A DNA stretch of 64,000 nucleotides, taken from contig JAWXUH010000005.1 of NCBI GenBank assembly GCA_044432745.1, positions 29,672 through 93,671 of the forward strand, given 5' to 3'. Of this stretch, positions 59,550 through 64,000 are shown one piece after another; positions within the stretch are counted from its first letter, which is position 1, and each line of letters begins with the position of its first letter. A program made the position numbers and the translations under genes. The notes beneath the pieces were generated by a model. It was not told the DNA's origin. It did not search any database and saw only the letters and a list, made by a program, of their open reading frames with translations. Source of the stretch: a bacterium. Its GTDB lineage: Bacteria > Bacillota_I > Bacilli_A > RF39 > UBA660.

Positions 59550-60095
59550 TTAATAATTGTTACTTGATACTTCAAAATAACTGTGTGAATGATTACAAAC
59601 CATACAAATTTTAGGAGCTTTTTTACCTGTTATTTTGTGACCACAATTTCTACATTCCCATGTTACTATTTCTTCTTTTTCAAATACTTTTTCTTCTTGA
59701 ATATTTGACAATAATTTTCTGTAACGTTCTTCATGTTCTTTTTCTATTTTTCCTACTGCTCTAAATTTCACAGCAAGTTCTCTAAAACCTTCTTCTTCAG
59801 CCTCTTTTGCAAAAGTTTCATACATATCAGTCCACTCAAAGTTTTCTCCGTTTGCTGCTGCTTCTAAATTATCAGTTGTACTTCCTATACCAGCTAATTC
59901 TTTAAACCACATTTTAGCATGTTCTTTTTCGTTATCTGCTGTTTTCAAAAAAATTTCAGATATTTGTTCATATCCTTCTTTTTTTGCTACTGATGCAAAG
60001 TACGTATATTTGTTTCTAGCTTGACTTTCTCCTGCAAAAGCAGACATTAAATTTTGTTCTGTTTTTGTTCCTTCATATTTAATATTAGTACTCAT
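59550..60095 (-). CDS. rbr: Rubrerythrin
   Basis: [27 protein letters not shown]...C.VC. Start MSTNIK follows GAAGGAG. Confidence 0.95.
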   Translation of the reverse strand: MSTNIKYEGTKTEQNLMSAFAGESQARNKYTYFASVAKKEGYEQISEIFLKTADNEKEHAKMWFKELAGIGSTTDNLEAAANGENFEWTDMYETFAKEAEEEGFRELAVKFRAVGKIEKEHEERYRKLLSNIQEEKVFEKEEIVTWECRNCGHKITGKKAPKICMVCNHSHSYFEVSSNNY

Positions 60096-60180
60096 TTTTT
60101 CTCCTTCTATCAAGATAATTTCTTGACTTGAATTTGATTGTAACATAATTAATTATTTAAAGTCAATTGTAAATATTATT

Positions 60181-61080
60181 TTATTTTCTTATCTTTTGTA
60201 CTGGTATTATATATCCATAAAAATTATTACCAATTTGTTGTTGTCTATATAAATGTGCATCTCCTAAAGTTAATTTTAAATCATATAATATTCTTAATTT
60301 ATTTTTATAGTCTTCGTCACTTGTTTTTCCGTACATAACAACAAGTTTATCAAATTCTCTATCTAATGTTTCAACTATTTCTGTTTTTTGCTCAATATTT
60401 ATATATCCTAATACTTGCGATTCTTTTACAACAATAGGTTTATTATCCTTAATGTTTAATATTTCTAAATTAGTAATTCCTGATTTATCACTTATTAAAT
60501 TAGTTATAACTTCAAAGTTGTTATCTTCTTCTATTTCTTCTGGAGCTTCAACTTCGTATTCTTCTTCGATTTCATCTTCTAATAATTCTAAAACCACTTC
60601 TTCAAATAATGATTTTTCTTCATTATCTGCAGTTAACTCTTCTTTAACAAAAATTGGCTTTTCTTCTTTAACAGCAATTGGTTCTGCTATATATGGTGCA
60701 ATATCTATAATAGAAGCTTGAGTTTTAATAATTTCTTCCTTTTGAACTGGAATTTCTACTTTTTCTTCCTTAATTTCTTCTACTTTAGATTGTTTTTCTT
60801 TCTTAGATGTATCTACTCGTAATGTTCCACCTTGTAAAACCTCATTTACTGATACTTCCATAACAGATGTAGGTAATGCTGATATCATTGTTTGAAATTC
60901 CTCATCTGTAAATGTCATATTACAATCTTTTAACATAACATATCTAAACATTTTAGCTACGTTCCTTCTTTTTTCTTCTTCTAAACAATTTATTTGATTA
61001 CTTTGATCTTCTATTTTTTTATTTTTATCTCTAATAATTTTCTCCATTTGATCAATTTTATCCATGAATATTTTCTTCAT
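60181..61080 (-). CDS. Hypothetical acidic/coiled-coil protein
   Basis: 299-aa ORF with GGGG SD. No motif recognised. Confidence 0.55.
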   Translation of the reverse strand: MKKIFMDKIDQMEKIIRDKNKKIEDQSNQINCLEEEKRRNVAKMFRYVMLKDCNMTFTDEEFQTMISALPTSVMEVSVNEVLQGGTLRVDTSKKEKQSKVEEIKEEKVEIPVQKEEIIKTQASIIDIAPYIAEPIAVKEEKPIFVKEELTADNEEKSLFEEVVLELLEDEIEEEYEVEAPEEIEEDNNFEVITNLISDKSGITNLEILNIKDNKPIVVKESQVLGYINIEQKTEIVETLDREFDKLVVMYGKTSDEDYKNKLRILYDLKLTLGDAHLYRQQQIGNNFYGYIIPVQKIRK

Positions 61081-61210
61081 TTGTTTGTCCCCCTTAACAA
61101 TGCAAATATTGTATCACATATGTTATTTTATGTCAAACTTATTTTTTCTTTTTTATTTTTTTTATAGTTATATTTTTTTCCACAAAAAAAGTACCTTAGC
61201 ACTCTTTTTG

Positions 61211-61567
61211 TTATTGTAATCCACTTTGTGTTTTTGTCGTTAACTTACCACCTTGAAATACTAGAACAACATTAGCTCCAATTGTTCCTTCTGCGTTACA
61301 ACCATATGATTCTGTAATGTATTCATCTCCTAGAGCTGTATTTGTAACTCCAGTTTCAGTACATTCTCCACCTAAAATTTCCCACACTTGCGATTGAGTC
61401 ATTCCTGCCTCTATTTTTTCATATAAGTCTATTGTAACAAACACATCTTTACTATCTGGATATACATATGAAGCTGATTCTAATTTTGTTAGTAATTCAT
61501 CCTCACATCCAAATGTTAATAAACTAATAGATAATAACATTGATAATTTTACTATATTTTTTTTCAT
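61211..61567 (-). CDS. Lipoprotein, BLIP/DUF3862-like fold
   Basis: Lipobox LTFGC, YEKI..GMT..QV..ILG, GANV..VFQGGKL..K.Q.GL. Confidence 0.7.
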   Translation of the reverse strand: MKKNIVKLSMLLSISLLTFGCEDELLTKLESASYVYPDSKDVFVTIDLYEKIEAGMTQSQVWEILGGECTETGVTNTALGDEYITESYGCNAEGTIGANVVLVFQGGKLTTKTQSGLQ

Positions 61568-61782
61568 AACATACCTCTTCTATTTAATTTTACATTATAT
61601 ATTTTTTATTGTAAATATTCTTTTTTTAAACTTTACATCTATATAAGTATACTAATATTAGATTTTTTTATTCTTTAAAACATAATTTCCTACTACTTCA
61701 CTTAATTTAATACTTATATAGCACACTAACTATTTTAATGTTATTATTGTGTGATATAATCATTTTTAAAGGAGATACTCTT

Positions 61783-62382
61783 ATGATTACTAATGATGTT
61801 AATATTGCCTCACAATACGTTAAAAATGGTGAAGTAATAGTTTTTCCTACTGATACTTTATATGCAATAGGTGGCGATGTTTTTAATGAAGATACTTTTA
61901 ATAAAATATATCGTATAAAAGAAAGACCTTCTGATAAATCTTTAATTATTTTAATAGAAAACCTAAATCAACTTTTTAAGTTAGTAGATAATATTTCAAT
62001 AACTGAAGAAAAATTGTGCAACACTTTTTGGCCAGGAGCGCTAACTATTGTTTTTAAGGCTAATAAAAACATTCCTAAGTATCTAGTTAATGACGATAAT
62101 ACTGTTGCTATTCGCATGCCTAATAATAAAAGAACTTTAGAATTAATAAAACTTGCTAATACACCTTTACTTGCACCTAGCGCTAATAAAAGTGGTATTA
62201 AACCAGAGAACTCCATTTATGAAATAGAAAATAACTTTAAAAATGATATATCTTTATTTTTGAAGTCTGATCAAAACATTTTAGAGAATGAACCTTCCAC
62301 TATAATTAGATTAATAAATGATCAAGTTAATATTATCAGAGAAGGTAAAATAAAAAAAGAAGATTTATTAAAAGTATTATAA
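61783..62382 (+). CDS. tsaC: L-threonylcarbamoyladenylate synthase (YrdC/Sua5)
   Basis: FPTDTLY, K.RP..K, FWPGALT, AIRMP, APSANKSG. Confidence 0.93.
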   Translation: MITNDVNIASQYVKNGEVIVFPTDTLYAIGGDVFNEDTFNKIYRIKERPSDKSLIILIENLNQLFKLVDNISITEEKLCNTFWPGALTIVFKANKNIPKYLVNDDNTVAIRMPNNKRTLELIKLANTPLLAPSANKSGIKPENSIYEIENNFKNDISLFLKSDQNILENEPSTIIRLINDQVNIIREGKIKKEDLLKVL

Positions 62383-62391
62383 ATCTTCTTT

Positions 62392-63555
62392 TTATTTTGT
62401 TTTTTTGTGTTCTTCTTCCCATAAATCTTCGTACATATTTCTGTAGTCATATTTTATTTCTTCATCATCTTTAAATAGTAAATCTATATCAAGTACTACT
62501 AATTCAGATTCTCCAAGAACTTCTGTATTATTAACATCAAAACCGTTTATAGTTTGATTAATTGTTATTTCTTCTCCATTTAAATAATTAGTATTCTTCT
62601 TTAAAAGTCTACCTATATTTTCATCTTTTGCATCAGCCCATTTAATTCCATCTTCACGTAATTTAGAATATAATTCATATACATCATCATTAGTTAAATC
62701 TACTTTTCCCACACATTCTGCTACTTCTACATGTAGAAACTCTTTACCATTTTTATTTGGTAAATTGTATCTTATTAAAGGTTGAATTAAATATTTACTA
62801 TTGGGAATTTCTTGAGTTATTTTAGGAATACCTATTTTTAACATCTTATTTCCTATTTTATATACATCACAAAAATAGCCTTTTTCTACTACTTTAATAT
62901 CAACATACTTAACGCCTTCATTTTTCATTAATTCTGTTAACAATTTTTCAAAGAATGTTACATAAACTTCATCTATATCTTCTATATTAATTTTCATTGT
63001 ACAATCTCTTCTAGATACTAATGATCCTAATACCATATTATATACAAATTCTCTTTTATTTTTATTAAAATTCATTTCTATAAAGTCTTTAAATTTTTCC
63101 TTTTCTTCTTCTGTATAATAATCTAAATTTAAATCTACTATATTAATTTGCATTATCTTAGATATTTTAGATGCATATGGTTCTAAAATTTCTAAGATTT
63201 TTTCTATGCTGTAACCACTTTCTTTTAGCGCTTTTAAAAATATATCTAAGTTTCTAACTGTATAATCGCTATTTAATACTCCTAATACTACTATCTCTAC
63301 TAATAATTCATTTGCGTTTTTGTATAATAAATATCTCAAATCTTCATTGCTATATATTATTTTTATGAAATCGTAAAACGCTTTATTATCTAATATTTCT
63401 AATATTTCACTAAACAATATTTCTAAAATTTGTTTCTTTATTTCAATACTATCTTCATTTGAAGATATATATTTTTCTATTTTTTTAATCGGACTAAATT
63501 CTCCATCTTCTCTACTAAAAAAACTAATGTACAAATCATTTATTTTATTTTTCAT
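62392..63555 (-). CDS. Hypothetical protein with kinase-like C-terminal domain
   Basis: KGYFCDVY, MLK, WADAKDENIG, LVVLDID. Confidence 0.5.
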   Translation of the reverse strand: MKNKINDLYISFFSREDGEFSPIKKIEKYISSNEDSIEIKKQILEILFSEILEILDNKAFYDFIKIIYSNEDLRYLLYKNANELLVEIVVLGVLNSDYTVRNLDIFLKALKESGYSIEKILEILEPYASKISKIMQINIVDLNLDYYTEEEKEKFKDFIEMNFNKNKREFVYNMVLGSLVSRRDCTMKINIEDIDEVYVTFFEKLLTELMKNEGVKYVDIKVVEKGYFCDVYKIGNKMLKIGIPKITQEIPNSKYLIQPLIRYNLPNKNGKEFLHVEVAECVGKVDLTNDDVYELYSKLREDGIKWADAKDENIGRLLKKNTNYLNGEEITINQTINGFDVNNTEVLGESELVVLDIDLLFKDDEEIKYDYRNMYEDLWEEEHKKTK

Positions 63556-63650
63556 ATATAACTCCTTCTTTTTAATGGTGTATTATAACATATATTATAA
63601 TTTTTATTACTTAAAAAAAGTAGACATTTTATAATATACTACTTTCTTCT

Positions 63651-64000
63651 TTATCTTCTATATCTTTTTTCTTCTGCTTTATTATTTACTTTAGTTAAAA
63701 TATCTAGTGTATTGTCTAAATTAACTTCGTTTGGTAATAATTCAAATAATCTTACTACTGCTATAGATTTTTTATACTCAACATTTGGTAATCTTCTATA
63801 TTTAGTTTGATCTACATTTAATGATTGTGATAAATCAAAATTATATTCTAATAATATATCTCCTAATCTTACATCAAGTATCCTTATATCTAATATTCTT
63901 GCTAATTTTGCAGGACTCATTAAGTCACTTGCAGCTTTAACTATTGCTTTTTCTCCAGAACACATTAATTGTATTAATACTAACGCACTTTCTTTATCAC
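63651..64000 (-). CDS. Hypothetical protein, C-terminal part (5' end outside window)
   Basis: Frame stays open from ATG 63965 to the window edge (DKESALVLIQL-M...). Confidence 0.55.
   Translation of the reverse strand, partial: DKESALVLIQLMCSGEKAIVKAASDLMSPAKLARILDIRILDVRLGDILLEYNFDLSQSLNVDQTKYRRLPNVEYKKSIAVVRLFELLPNEVNLDNTLDILTKVNNKAEEKRYRR

Noticed and set aside
60143-60160. PerR/Fur box in the rubrerythrin promoter spacer (ATAATTAATTAT)
   Set aside because: Context is plausible, but half-site spacing differs from the 7-1-7 consensus and A/T-only palindromes are common at this base composition.
796-62216. Many 60-165 aa ORFs antisense to, or nested in, long genes
   Set aside because: F/L/I/S-rich shadow frames of AT-rich coding strands, with no SD or motifs.
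1-64000. Mollicute genetic code (TGA=Trp), tRNA/rRNA genes
   Set aside because: Conserved genes are full-length under code 11 with TGG for Trp, and TGA ends several genes. No GC-rich structured RNA gene was seen.

Overview
Very AT-rich chromosomal window from a low-GC, monoderm Firmicute using genetic code 11. Gene style suggests the reduced uncultured gut Bacilli of the RF39 type, but the taxonomy is inference. Housekeeping genes (serS 5' end, tsf, rpsB, mraY, mutM, polA, rpsP, khpA, lepA, hemW, dtd, rel, mutS, prsA, recX, nrnA, ackA, tsaC) and sporulation genes (sigK, spoVB, two unannotated YjcZ-like peptides) are interspersed with single orphan genes. The main accessory feature is a ~15.4 kb minus-strand Tad/Flp pilus locus (32.7-48.1 kb). 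It carries six pilin-like genes with atypical leaders and two tandem cassettes, each pairing a pseudopilin-like gene with a >1100-aa Cys-rich secreted protein. Both large proteins have the paired Cys and Gln motifs of thioester domains (TEDs) but no LPXTG or membrane anchor, suggesting a candidate Tad pilus tipped with covalent adhesins. Other oddities: a Rel whose HD hydrolase motif is altered, a ClpC with a degenerate second ATPase domain, an ATT-started spoVB, an N-terminally extended class B sortase facing an NPDTG substrate, orphan ART-like and kinase-like proteins, and a two-site OmpR-type operator. No rRNA, tRNA, CRISPR array, transposase or prophage was seen. All calls come from reading motifs by eye; no searches were run.
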